In this document: piece after piece, positions 1-9,272 of the stretch
Numbering within the stretch: the stretch's first letter is position 1
How the letters are laid out: each line of letters opens with the position of its first letter
From: Candidatus Nomurabacteria bacterium
GTDB lineage: Bacteria > Patescibacteriota > Patescibacteriia > HK-STAS-PATE-3
Assembly (NCBI GenBank): GCA_023898465.1
Contig: CP060223.1
Coordinates: 864,001-928,000, forward strand
DNA: 64,000 bases
Direction of reading: 5' to 3'
Program-made: the position numbers and the translations under genes
The notes under the pieces: model-generated
What the model saw: only the letters and a program-made list of their open reading frames with translations
Databases searched by the model: none
What the model was told of the DNA's origin: nothing

Positions 1-1704
1 CGGCTGCACTACTCCTGACTCATCTCCCTTTTCAGGCGCCGACGAAGCTTCCTGGGGCGCCTCTCCTTGTTGCTCGAAGAAGCGTTCACCTTTCTCCGTC
101 AGCTCAAAGTGCGGACCGCATGAGATGGTATCGTTCTCATCCACTGCGACCCAAGCGTGCTCAACTAGGCAGTCGAACACATGAGCTCCGGCCGGATCAC
201 CGAGATGGTCATTCAGCGCTCCGCGACCATCGTAAGGCTCAGTCTCCCGAACCTTCGCTAGATGCAGGAAGCACTCCAGATACTCGCCAGTCAACTCAGT
301 CGCACTGATCTGACCTTCGATCTCAGGAGCAACTTCTCCACCAGGCGCGCCTTGATCTGGCTGAACGTCTCCTTGGTGATCTCGCAACCACCTGAGAGCT
401 GCTTCAGCCTTCTCGGTGAGAAAAAAGCGAGGAGCCGATGAGTTTGGACTCCTGTCCTCGCGATCGTACCTGACGTAATGATGCAGCTGCGTCAACCACT
501 GTTGCGGCCCAGTCCCTCCTCCTTGCTGTGCCGACTTAACTATCCCAATAGCACCATAGCGTTCTGACTCAGGAACAAGCGCCATAGCAACGAGACCGCG
601 CAGTCGGTCGCCTACTAAGCCAGGATGACCAGGCACTTCCCTGTCGTAGTCGACCCTGCGTGGATCAAGTCCAGGCTCAGTTGCCGCTCCAGAAGCCTCC
701 TTCTCTAAGTCCTTCAACCCAGCGCACTGCAGGCTGAGTAGAAGGTCGTTGATCTGTGCACACAGCTCGTCTTCCTTCACGCCAGACTCGATATCCAGCT
801 CGATAGACCAAACCAGTGCATCACGGTACACCCGCAACACCCAAGTGTCACCTTGCCGGCGAGCCAACTGCGAAGCAATCTCCGGCGTGAACTTTTCATC
901 ACGCAGCGTATTGCCTGTACTCGCCTCCCGCACTTGAAACAGATTCCCTACACGAGTGCAGAGATCTGCCAGAGTCAGTGCAGGGACTCCATCATGCTCT
1001 TCTCTTTTTCCACCTGGCACCATCTCCTCCTCTCCGGGTGTGTAGACGAATTCCCTGACGCTCTTTTGCAACTGCCGTTGCAGATCAACAGGACGCGAGG
1101 GCCGAGCTGCCTTCACCTGCATCGTCATGACAAAGCCGACGCCTTCTCGGACTACCCGAACGCCATGCTTTGTTTGCTGGAAGGTAGCCGGACTAGCTAC
1201 GGCTTTCAGACTAATCTCAGCAATTGGGTCGGCAGTAACCTTCTCTACCCCGGCCTGACGCTCCAACCACGCAGCGAAGGCGCGTGATTCGGCCTCCATC
1301 TGTTTGAGCGACGGCACCTCAGGCACCTCGACTGAAACGATGCCCTTCTTTGAGCGAGGCGGCCCTCCACGTGCGTGCTTCATCTTCGGACTCCTTTCCT
1401 CTTTGAGCGTTTGTGCAAAAGCTCTGATGGATTCGGAGCCCTGAAGCTCCTCGTAGTAACTCTGCCACATGAAACCATAGTCTCGTGCATACACCTCAAA
1501 ATCGATCGCCCAACCAGCCACATGCAAAGTGACGCACATCCTTGGGTATTTGGTTTCTAGATACAAACCATTCACCCTATCGCTTTTGAATGCATGCCAA
1601 TCCGTCGGTTGCACCCAGCCAACCCAAGGAAAAAGCCAGAGTAATTGATGCAATAACTCTGCATTTTCAATCATTTGAAGCGGGCATGACTCCGGAAATC
1701 GCAT
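1..1704 (-). CDS. Hypothetical protein, partial (3' end beyond window start); markedly GC-rich relative to the rest of the window
   Basis: By manual reverse-complement translation the frame is open from the ATG at 1704..1702 (MRFPESCPLQMIEN...) through position 1. AGGAGG lies 6 nt upstream of the ATG. The ORF is absent from the ORF track only because its stop lies outside the window. I recognise no family. Confidence 0.55.
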   Translation of the reverse strand, partial: MRFPESCPLQMIENAELLHQLLWLFPWVGWVQPTDWHAFKSDRVNGLYLETKYPRMCVTLHVAGWAIDFEVYARDYGFMWQSYYEELQGSESIRAFAQTLKEERSPKMKHARGGPPRSKKGIVSVEVPEVPSLKQMEAESRAFAAWLERQAGVEKVTADPIAEISLKAVASPATFQQTKHGVRVVREGVGFVMTMQVKAARPSRPVDLQRQLQKSVREFVYTPGEEEMVPGGKREEHDGVPALTLADLCTRVGNLFQVREASTGNTLRDEKFTPEIASQLARRQGDTWVLRVYRDALVWSIELDIESGVKEDELCAQINDLLLSLQCAGLKDLEKEASGAATEPGLDPRRVDYDREVPGHPGLVGDRLRGLVAMALVPESERYGAIGIVKSAQQGGGTGPQQWLTQLHHYVRYDREDRSPNSSAPRFFLTEKAEAALRWLRDHQGDVQPDQGAPGGEVAPEIEGQISATELTGEYLECFLHLAKVRETEPYDGRGALNDHLGDPAGAHVFDCLVEHAWVAVDENDTISCGPHFELTEKGERFFEQQGEAPQEASSAPEKGDESGVVQP

Positions 1705-1779
1705 ACCAGCCTCCTTGAATTGTAAAGGTGCCTAAAACCTGAGCTTACCCTAATAAGGAAAGTTCACTTCGTCAATATA

Positions 1780-2745
1780 TTATACAGCAAGCGTCGTAAT
1801 CGGGCGGCTTTGCGTCACATAAAATTTCTTCTTTTCCTTGGCCCACTCGACATCCACCGGGAAACCATAATGCCGCTCTATCAATACAATCAATTTCGCC
1901 AGGGAGATAATTTCTGCTTTTGTTAAGCACTGCTTCCCGCCCTTTGCTGCGCTGAGAGATTTCCAAGAATTTCCACCCTTACTTGAACGGGCCAGCATCT
2001 TTTCCTGCTCCACAACATTCACGTCCAACAGTTTGAAACCGCGCTTATCAACCACATAACTGTCCGGCGTAATCTGACCCGAAACAACTGCCTCGCCCAG
2101 TCCAAAGCCAGCTTCAATGATAAGCTGGTTCTTATCTTGCGTCACCGGATGTACGGAAAAAGCAGTGCCCGATACTTCGCTCTGTACCATCTTCTGCACG
2201 ACAACTGCAACGGAAATCTTTTTCTTATGCAACTTTTGCTCGAATCGATAAAAAATTGCCCTTGGGGTAAAAAGAGAAGCCCAGCAACGCTGTACGTTTT
2301 TGAGAAGCTGCGCTTTCGTCGTATTTAAATAAGTATCAAGCTGCCCTGCCCAGGCAGCCGACGCGCTGTCCTCAGCCGTCGCACTTGAACGCACGGCCAC
2401 ATAGGACGCCTGAAGACGTGCATGTGCCGCGCTAATTTCCCTAGCAATATCTTTTGGCATCTTTGCCTTGAGGATCAAGCCTTGAATAATTTCACTCGCC
2501 AAATCAATAGTGTGCATTTCCCTCTTATCAACCTTAGCGAGTTGTGCTTGAATCTCCACCCCTAAATCTGTCTCAGCTAAAAAGCGCTCAAAAGCCTCAG
2601 CTGCAATAACAAAACCTGGCGGGACTGGAATTCCTGCCTGTGTCATCTCACCTAAACTAGCCCCTTTACCACCTGCTAAGCCCGCATCTTTTTTACCAAT
2701 CTGCTTGAAAAAATGTATGCATTCCATAGAGAAAGTATAGCACAA
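1780..2745 (-). CDS. PEP-utilizing enzyme N-terminal (PPDK_N-like, ATP-grasp nucleotide-binding) domain protein, stand-alone
   Basis: GGKGASLGEM...GIPVPPGFVI... matches the N-terminal domain of PEP synthase / pyruvate phosphate dikinase. The phospho-His and PEP-binding domains are absent. The true start is probably the internal Met (MECIHFF..., about 2727). Confidence 0.7.
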   Translation of the reverse strand: MCYTFSMECIHFFKQIGKKDAGLAGGKGASLGEMTQAGIPVPPGFVIAAEAFERFLAETDLGVEIQAQLAKVDKREMHTIDLASEIIQGLILKAKMPKDIAREISAAHARLQASYVAVRSSATAEDSASAAWAGQLDTYLNTTKAQLLKNVQRCWASLFTPRAIFYRFEQKLHKKKISVAVVVQKMVQSEVSGTAFSVHPVTQDKNQLIIEAGFGLGEAVVSGQITPDSYVVDKRGFKLLDVNVVEQEKMLARSSKGGNSWKSLSAAKGGKQCLTKAEIISLAKLIVLIERHYGFPVDVEWAKEKKKFYVTQSRPITTLAV

Positions 2746-2782
2746 TGGAGTATGGGCGCTCTTTTTGGTAAACTACTAGCAT

Positions 2783-4885
2783 ATGATTATACGACGTGAA
2801 ACCTTAGTCACCCTGGCAGTCTCTTTTGGTATTATTATCCTCCTAAGTATTGGTGTGTACTACATTGGCACCTCGATCACACCTCAGAGCAGCAACACGA
2901 ATACGACAACGAATAGCAATCAGAATGTGGCTCCCGGACTGAAGCGTTTTGTGTCAGCTGAGGATTTCTCCCAATATCTGACAAGCGCAAGTCGACTCAA
3001 TACCCAGTATGGACTCCGTGATTCAGTTCTCAATGTAGTTACTCCTACTGCTTTTGAGCTAGAGTCAAGCGGTACTAAGAGCACAGCTGATCGCGTCTCA
3101 CAAACCAACGTGCAGGTAATGGGTATTGATGAGCCGGATATTGCCAAAACAGATGGGCAGCGTATCTACTACAGCCAAGATACCTACTACGGAGCATTGG
3201 AGTATCGAGGTATCAGCGATGAGTTATTAAAAACCTCACCTGCCTATACGCAGACTTCAAGCATTCTCAATGCCATACCAGCAAACGCACTCGCTGTCGC
3301 TGGCACATTACCCACTAGCGGACAGCTGCTCCTGACGGACAACGAAGTGCTTGTCCTGGGCTATGACGGCGTACATGCTTATCCGGCAAATACGAGCACG
3401 GTAAGTGAGGCGACTTGGGAGATGTCCTACGGAGATGCCACTTCATTAGTCACTGCGCGTTTACGAGAAGACACACTCTATCTTGTCACCAGCACCTCAC
3501 TGAATACCACCCAGCCATGCCCGATCACGCCACTACGAATTGCTGAAGGAGATGTGAGCATTGCCTGTACTGATATCTTCCACCCAGTGAATCCAACGCC
3601 AATCGATGTTGTCTACACTGTCTTTGCCATCGACCCAAGCAGTGGTGAAATAAAACAGGAATTAACCCTCAGTGGCCTCTCAGGACAATCTGTTGTCTAT
3701 GTTTCGCCCGAGACCCTCTACCTCACCTATACCTACACGAGTGATTGGGTCAATTCATTCCTAGATATTCTCATCACTGATACTGCTGATATTTTACCTA
3801 GTGAATTAATTGCAAAATTACAAAGACTCCGCACCTATGACTTGAGCGCTGAGGCACGCTTAACCGAGCTCGCCACCTTGCTTGGTGAATATGACGCAAG
3901 CATTTCAAATGAGGAGAAAGAAAACTTCCAAGAACAACTCACCACTGCAGTTGAACAAGGTGTGAAAGAGCGGCTGCGACAATGGGAACGAACTGGGATT
4001 ATTGCGGTTGATCTTGATCGACTGCAAGTGGCAGCGACCGGTGAAGTGCCTGGTCATCCCCTGAATCAATTTTCACTTGATGCTTATGCCGAGACCCTCC
4101 GTATTGCTACCTCCAGCGATGCTCGTTTTGTTGCCTCTTTCTCCGCCACCAGTCAAACAAATAATGACCTCTATATTCTCGACAAAGACTTGAAGCCCTT
4201 AGGCTCTATTCTCAATCTCGGGGAAGCAGGGGAAACTATCTATGGAGTACGCTTTGTCGAAGATACGGGCTACCTTGTTACCTTCCGTCAAACCGATCCC
4301 TTCTACGTCTTAGACCTGAGTGATCCGAAGAAGCCTATAGCTAGCGGCGAGTTAAAAATTCCTGGGTACTCTTCTTACCTGCATCCTATTGCGACGGATC
4401 GCATCCTCGGAGTAGGGCAGGATAATTTTCGTGTGAAGGTTTCTCTCTTTGATGTGAGCGATAAAAATGCGCCAAAGGAACTATCCACGCTTACATTAGA
4501 AAATGAGTACTGGTCTGACGTGCTTAATACTCATCACGCTTTTCTCCAAGATGCTGATCACTCCATCGTCTTTATCCCAGGATCGCAGGGAGGACATGTT
4601 ATCTCCTATACGAATGGAACTTTAAGCGAGGTGAAAAAGATTGAAGGCTTCGCTGTGCAGCGGGCACTCTACATTGATAATACGCTCTATGTCCTGGGCA
4701 GTAGTGAGGTGAGTGCAGTCGATGAAACGAGCTGGGAAACCATAAGCAGCGTAAGTCTCAACCAAAATAGGACAGGGGTTGAAGAGCCACAAAGCACGGA
4801 ACCAAGCGTTCCGATAGAGGACCTGCCAACTACTGAAGCAAATACTGGCGAAGGCACTAGTGCTACAGGCGATTCGACGGAATAG
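2783..4885 (+). CDS. Secreted/membrane-anchored beta-propeller domain protein (Beta_propel-like)
   Basis: N-terminal TM/signal anchor. The C-terminal region FYVLDLSDPKKPIASGELKIPGYSSYLHPI...VSLFDVSD resembles the archaeal/CPR 'beta propeller domain' family. C-terminal E/T/S-rich tail. Confidence 0.55.
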   Translation: MIIRRETLVTLAVSFGIIILLSIGVYYIGTSITPQSSNTNTTTNSNQNVAPGLKRFVSAEDFSQYLTSASRLNTQYGLRDSVLNVVTPTAFELESSGTKSTADRVSQTNVQVMGIDEPDIAKTDGQRIYYSQDTYYGALEYRGISDELLKTSPAYTQTSSILNAIPANALAVAGTLPTSGQLLLTDNEVLVLGYDGVHAYPANTSTVSEATWEMSYGDATSLVTARLREDTLYLVTSTSLNTTQPCPITPLRIAEGDVSIACTDIFHPVNPTPIDVVYTVFAIDPSSGEIKQELTLSGLSGQSVVYVSPETLYLTYTYTSDWVNSFLDILITDTADILPSELIAKLQRLRTYDLSAEARLTELATLLGEYDASISNEEKENFQEQLTTAVEQGVKERLRQWERTGIIAVDLDRLQVAATGEVPGHPLNQFSLDAYAETLRIATSSDARFVASFSATSQTNNDLYILDKDLKPLGSILNLGEAGETIYGVRFVEDTGYLVTFRQTDPFYVLDLSDPKKPIASGELKIPGYSSYLHPIATDRILGVGQDNFRVKVSLFDVSDKNAPKELSTLTLENEYWSDVLNTHHAFLQDADHSIVFIPGSQGGHVISYTNGTLSEVKKIEGFAVQRALYIDNTLYVLGSSEVSAVDETSWETISSVSLNQNRTGVEEPQSTEPSVPIEDLPTTEANTGEGTSATGDSTE

Positions 4886-6188
4886 TCTTTGCGCTCACTG
4901 AAGCCTTGTCCTCAGTGCAGCATTTTTTGCTGCAACCGTTTTGACAACAGCAGCAATCACACTTCCGCCGCCAAAACATAAGCAGAAGTATAAGCAGTAG
5001 CACCAGCAGGCCAAGCACTAGGATGCCAATGGCAATCCAGGAATAAAGCCAGAAGATTCCCGCAAACCAGAAACCACTCTCGGGTGCATATTTCACAACC
5101 TCAACACTGACGGAACTGCTCCGAATATTACCCGCATTGTCGATCGCTAATATGGTTATGGTGTGTGTTCCGTAGCTTAATTCCGGTAAGAGAAAAGGCT
5201 CCGTTGCTCCAGGTAGAGCAATAATGCGCTGCACATCATCAATCAATACTTCGTAGCGATCTATGCCTGACAGGGCGTCCTCAGTGCTGAAATCGATATT
5301 GGGTCGTAGATTGGTTGTTGGTTGATCACCCTCAACTCGGACTGAAAAAGGAAGTGGTGGGGTAGTATCAATCCGAACACGGAAATGGGTAGCCTCACTC
5401 CAGCCCGCTTCGTTTTTCGCTTTAATGTGGAAGTACCAAATACCATCTTCCTTGTCCTGATATTGGACGCTTAGCTCAGTGCCCTGCCCATCATCATTAG
5501 GAATCGTACCGGCACTTTGATCTAGGAGGTAACTAAAATCCTGCGCCTCACCATCAACACTCCAGGAAAGTAGTGGGTCAGCGTTGGCGTACCAAGAGTC
5601 CTGATTCGTGTGCGTATCAGACCAGACTGTTGGAGCAGGTAGTGGCTGCGGCTGAGGTGGTTCTTCTTCCGGTTGTTCTGGCTCAGTGCTTGGCCGTGAT
5701 GGTGGAGGAGCACTAATAACAAGAATGGCCGTGCCAGTTGATCCGAGTGCATCTGTGCCATAACCGTCGTTAAGCAAAACCCGAGCTCCCTCCATACTAA
5801 TAACTGCGGTTCCAGGCTGCTTGGCTTTAAACACTGCACGGAGAATAGTACCAGCCGGACCTGCATAGCCAGGCGTAGGTAAGCCCCCGGTGAAATCAAT
5901 CGTTCCACTGCCATTGTCATACACCGGGCCAATTGGCCAAAGTGTAAATAAGGAACCTCGATCAACTGATTCGAGTGTAACGAGGTCTTTAGGGAAATCA
6001 ATTCTGGCCTCCGCTGAGTTAACCGCCTCACCGCCCGAATTTACAACCAAAGTAACAGTCACTCGTTGTCCAACTGTTACATTTGAGCGAGCCGGGGAAA
6101 AGAATAAGGTTGCTTTAGCAAAAACAAAACTCGGCACCAAAAGTGCAAGTAATGTGAGTCCACTAATGCGAGCTAATCTCTTTTGCAT
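4863..6188 (-). CDS. Cell-surface protein with N-terminal signal peptide, cohesin-like domain, C-terminal TM anchor and Cys-rich cytoplasmic tail
   Basis: The start is chosen at MQKRLARISGLTLLALLVPSFVFA (signal peptide); the track ORF extends to 6236. TVGQRVTVTLVVNSGGEAVNSAEARIDFPKDLVTLESV is cohesin-like. The C-terminal hydrophobic segment is followed by WRRKCDCCCCQNGCSKKCC. It is paralogous to 6163..7308 (shared DQDTWY, QEDGI(W/Y)YF, RV(R/Q)ID(T/A)TPP motifs). Confidence 0.5.
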   Translation of the reverse strand: MQKRLARISGLTLLALLVPSFVFAKATLFFSPARSNVTVGQRVTVTLVVNSGGEAVNSAEARIDFPKDLVTLESVDRGSLFTLWPIGPVYDNGSGTIDFTGGLPTPGYAGPAGTILRAVFKAKQPGTAVISMEGARVLLNDGYGTDALGSTGTAILVISAPPPSRPSTEPEQPEEEPPQPQPLPAPTVWSDTHTNQDSWYANADPLLSWSVDGEAQDFSYLLDQSAGTIPNDDGQGTELSVQYQDKEDGIWYFHIKAKNEAGWSEATHFRVRIDTTPPLPFSVRVEGDQPTTNLRPNIDFSTEDALSGIDRYEVLIDDVQRIIALPGATEPFLLPELSYGTHTITILAIDNAGNIRSSSVSVEVVKYAPESGFWFAGIFWLYSWIAIGILVLGLLVLLLILLLMFWRRKCDCCCCQNGCSKKCCTEDKASVSAKTIPSNRL

Positions 6189-7308
6189 GTTTTTGCTTTC
6201 TGCGTAAACGATAGTGCCATAACAACAGTATAGCAACCAAGAGCAAAAGTACCCAGAAGTACCATGGCAGGACTTGATACCAGGCCTGCGGTAATGCGGC
6301 GAGCTCAGCGGTCTGAATATTACCAGCTAAATCATAGGCCTCGACCCGCACGACATCACTACGCTCCTGATCAACCAGCAAATATGGACTCCGCACATTG
6401 ATAGAACGCTGCCCGCCCTCTATCACGTCATAGCGATCTATACCTGAGGTCCGATCAATACTCTGGAATGAAATAACTGCTTTGCCAGAAAACTCATCTG
6501 CTTCCTTTGTGGAAATTATTTCAAAAGGTTCAGGTGGGGTAGCATCAATCTGCACCCGGTAACGAGCCACCTGACGCCAATCATCACCAGAAGTTCTTTC
6601 AAGGAGTGTAAAATAATAAATACCATCCTCTTGATTATCATACTCAACAAAACCACTCGCATCATCTGGTAATTCATCAGGCTGCTTTTCCGCATTTTGG
6701 GAAAAACTATAACTATATAACGCATTTGCTCGCGGCTCCCAAGTAAGCACCACATCACGTTCAGTGTACCAGGTATCTTGATCTGGATGCGTTGGCGAAT
6801 AAACAGTCACTTGATAGGCTGGCGACTGAATAACATTGATATCGAGTGCCTGCGTTGTTAAAGGAAGACGACTTCCCTCACCATTATGCATATACACTGC
6901 TGCTAGCTCCTTCGGTACAGTAAATCTAGCCTCACCGACTTTTATTGCTCGCAAAGTCATCTGCAATACTGTGGCATGAAAAGCATAGGTGCCGCCTGGA
7001 ATACCGCCAACAAAATGCACAGTGTGGGTTGCTGGCTGGTGAAGAGGAGGCTCAGGCCAAAGCTGTAAAAATGATTGCCCAATGCTAATATCCTCTAAGA
7101 CAAAAAGATCCCCGGGATAATGCACATCCGCTTCGATCGCGTTCATGGGTAAATGGTCACTATCAACCACTACGCTTACCAAAACGGTATCGCCTAAGCT
7201 AATGTTCTCCTGTGGTGCTTGAAGAGAAACTTGAGCAGCCTGAACTGCCTGGGCAAAGAAAATGCCGATACCAAAAAGGCTAAAAAATAGAAGTGAACGC
7301 TTCATCAT
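6163..7308 (-). CDS. Cell-surface protein, paralog of the downstream gene: signal peptide, cohesin-like domain, C-terminal TM anchor
   Basis: MMKRSLLFFSLFGIGIFFAQAVQA signal. GDTVLVSVVVDSDHLPMNAIEADVHYPGDLFVLEDISIGQSF is cohesin-like. The C-terminal TM is WYFWVLLLLVAILLLW followed by a basic tail. Confidence 0.5.
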   Translation of the reverse strand: MMKRSLLFFSLFGIGIFFAQAVQAAQVSLQAPQENISLGDTVLVSVVVDSDHLPMNAIEADVHYPGDLFVLEDISIGQSFLQLWPEPPLHQPATHTVHFVGGIPGGTYAFHATVLQMTLRAIKVGEARFTVPKELAAVYMHNGEGSRLPLTTQALDINVIQSPAYQVTVYSPTHPDQDTWYTERDVVLTWEPRANALYSYSFSQNAEKQPDELPDDASGFVEYDNQEDGIYYFTLLERTSGDDWRQVARYRVQIDATPPEPFEIISTKEADEFSGKAVISFQSIDRTSGIDRYDVIEGGQRSINVRSPYLLVDQERSDVVRVEAYDLAGNIQTAELAALPQAWYQVLPWYFWVLLLLVAILLLWHYRLRRKQKHAKEISSH

Positions 7309-7309
7309 A

Positions 7310-8185
7310 TTAGCCAGTCCAATGGAACATCATAATGCTAAAATCAACCACATCAACTAAGCCACTCTTATCAATATCAGCCCTAGTGTTGGCCGGGTGT
7401 GTATCAAGCCAGTAATAAAGCAAAATACTGAAGTCGACTAAATCAACTGAGCCGTCACAGTTTAAATCAGCAATGTTTGCGTAGCTGCAAGGATCTGGTT
7501 CAGTTGCCTCACTTACTACAAAGGTGAGTGTAGAGCTGTATTCAGAAATGCTGCTATCTGTTGCAACTGCACGAGCTCGAATACTATAGGTTCCAATACT
7601 GCTCAGCTCTTGCCCGCCCTGTAACGTATAAGACCATCGTCCGTCGGTATGAGCCGTTGCAGAAAAACTTTGATCACCATCTGGACCCGAGAGATAAAGT
7701 GTAAGCTGACTATTTGGCGCGGTATAACCTTGAATTTGGACACCTTCATCTAATCGAATACTGCTTGCACTGCCTTGTATGGTGGGGCCGAGAAAAATAC
7801 CACTCGCGCTTACCGTGGTGCCCTCTGCTATAGTAACCGACAAGGATAAACTAGGACCAAGCACGCCGTCTATATCAGTTCCCTGAATAGTGAAAGTGTA
7901 GGTGCCGGCTAAAATTTCGCTCTGAGTAGCAAAAGCAGCTGTACTAGTTGCAGTCGTACTCAACCAGGTACTTCCATTTTTCAATATTTGAATACTTGCT
8001 GAGGGGTAGGCGAGGCCCTGAAACTGTACAATGGTTTTTGGTTCTTCAGGCGGAGGCGGCGCTTCAACCACCGCACTCACCGAGAGTGTGTGCTGATCTG
8101 TCACTGTAGCGGCAAAGGCGCTAAGCAAAAAAAGCGGCAGAATGCTTAGCATGCTGACGACGGCAACGATGCTCCGTGTCTTCAC
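7310..8185 (-). CDS. Secreted dockerin-containing protein (Ig-like T/S-rich body + C-terminal type-I dockerin)
   Basis: Signal peptide. The C-terminus holds two 12-residue Ca-binding loop repeats with exact dockerin spacing, DLNCDGSVDLVDF and DIDKSGLVDVVDF, each followed by a hydrophobic helix. Confidence 0.7.
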   Translation of the reverse strand: MKTRSIVAVVSMLSILPLFLLSAFAATVTDQHTLSVSAVVEAPPPPEEPKTIVQFQGLAYPSASIQILKNGSTWLSTTATSTAAFATQSEILAGTYTFTIQGTDIDGVLGPSLSLSVTIAEGTTVSASGIFLGPTIQGSASSIRLDEGVQIQGYTAPNSQLTLYLSGPDGDQSFSATAHTDGRWSYTLQGGQELSSIGTYSIRARAVATDSSISEYSSTLTFVVSEATEPDPCSYANIADLNCDGSVDLVDFSILLYYWLDTHPANTRADIDKSGLVDVVDFSIMMFHWTG

Positions 8186-8202
8186 AGGTACTCCTATCTT
8201 AC

Positions 8203-9237
8203 TTATTGCTGGTTGGCGCGAGTAAGGATCCAGTGGTTATAGCGCTTGATGCCAAAGATGACTGCAAGCACTACTACAACCAAGATGAGGAACATGAGCG
8301 TTAAGACGCGCCATGGCCACACCCAGAAGGTTAAGGTTGCGCTATCTTTTACCAAATCACCAGTACCAGCTGTCAGACTCACGCTGGCTTGATAGCGACC
8401 AAGCGCAAAGTTGTTCCATTCGTTACGGAATTCGGCCCAAAAGTTACCCCAGATATTACCTGGCGTTTCTTCTACTGTTGATTTTTCCCAGGTCGTTTCA
8501 TAGCGACGGATCGAGTCTGGTAAGGTTGCTCCGCCATTCTGATTCATGACAAGCTCAGCGCTAGTGCTGCCAAATAGATTTTTCACTACAACGCTTCCGG
8601 TTGGACGAAGGTGAATATTTCCCTCGTTTTGGAAACGAGTTGCAAAAGTCGCTGGTAAACGATTTAGACTCGAACCTTCATCTACAGTAAATTCAACGAT
8701 GCTGCCCTTTTCCTCTACGTCACCAAAAACACGGAGTAAGAAAAGCGAGCCAAGTTTGGTGCCAAGTGACACGCTGCCGGGCTCGGAATTTTCTGGTGGC
8801 TCAGTTGAGAAGAAGACAGTAGCATAATGACCACCTGGCTCGGCATCATTTGGTGGGGTGATGGTAATCGGTACCACGCGACGTTCGCCAGCTTCTAGGT
8901 GGACTGAACCATTTGGCAAAGAAAACCAAGAGGCAATATCAGGTACCTCACCGCTGAAATCATAGGTTGGAGTACCATCTTCACCAGAAGCAGTAAAGGT
9001 AGTTACCTCAGGGTAGAGGTCTACTGCGCTCTGTGTTTCATTAAATAGCTTAATTTGCGTATCAAACGGCACACCTGGATCAACCGAGGCCTCAAAAGAA
9101 GGAGGAATAAGGGTTAAGGCTTGCGCATTTGGAGTTTGCACAAAGGCAAAGCTAAAAGCAGCAACGAGCACAAATAGGCCCAGGATCGCTGTTTTTTGCA
9201 AAATGTTACTTTGTTTTCCCCCTTGATTCATCTTCAA
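8203..9237 (-). CDS. Secreted protein with N-terminal signal peptide and C-terminal TM anchor, unknown family
   Basis: N-terminal ILGLFVLVAAFSFAFV and C-terminal VLTLMFLILVVVVLAVIFGI hydrophobic segments. The architecture is reminiscent of membrane-anchored components of Gram-positive surface-complex loci. No motif is recognised with confidence. Confidence 0.4.
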   Translation of the reverse strand: MKMNQGGKQSNILQKTAILGLFVLVAAFSFAFVQTPNAQALTLIPPSFEASVDPGVPFDTQIKLFNETQSAVDLYPEVTTFTASGEDGTPTYDFSGEVPDIASWFSLPNGSVHLEAGERRVVPITITPPNDAEPGGHYATVFFSTEPPENSEPGSVSLGTKLGSLFLLRVFGDVEEKGSIVEFTVDEGSSLNRLPATFATRFQNEGNIHLRPTGSVVVKNLFGSTSAELVMNQNGGATLPDSIRRYETTWEKSTVEETPGNIWGNFWAEFRNEWNNFALGRYQASVSLTAGTGDLVKDSATLTFWVWPWRVLTLMFLILVVVVLAVIFGIKRYNHWILTRANQQ

Positions 9238-9272
9238 TAAAAATTCAACAATACCTGTGGATTACTTTACCA

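Noticed and set aside
5522-6207. ORFs 5522..6031(-) and 5890..6207(+) inside the cohesin-like gene
   Set aside because: These are alternative frames of a gene with clear signal-peptide/TM architecture in its main frame.
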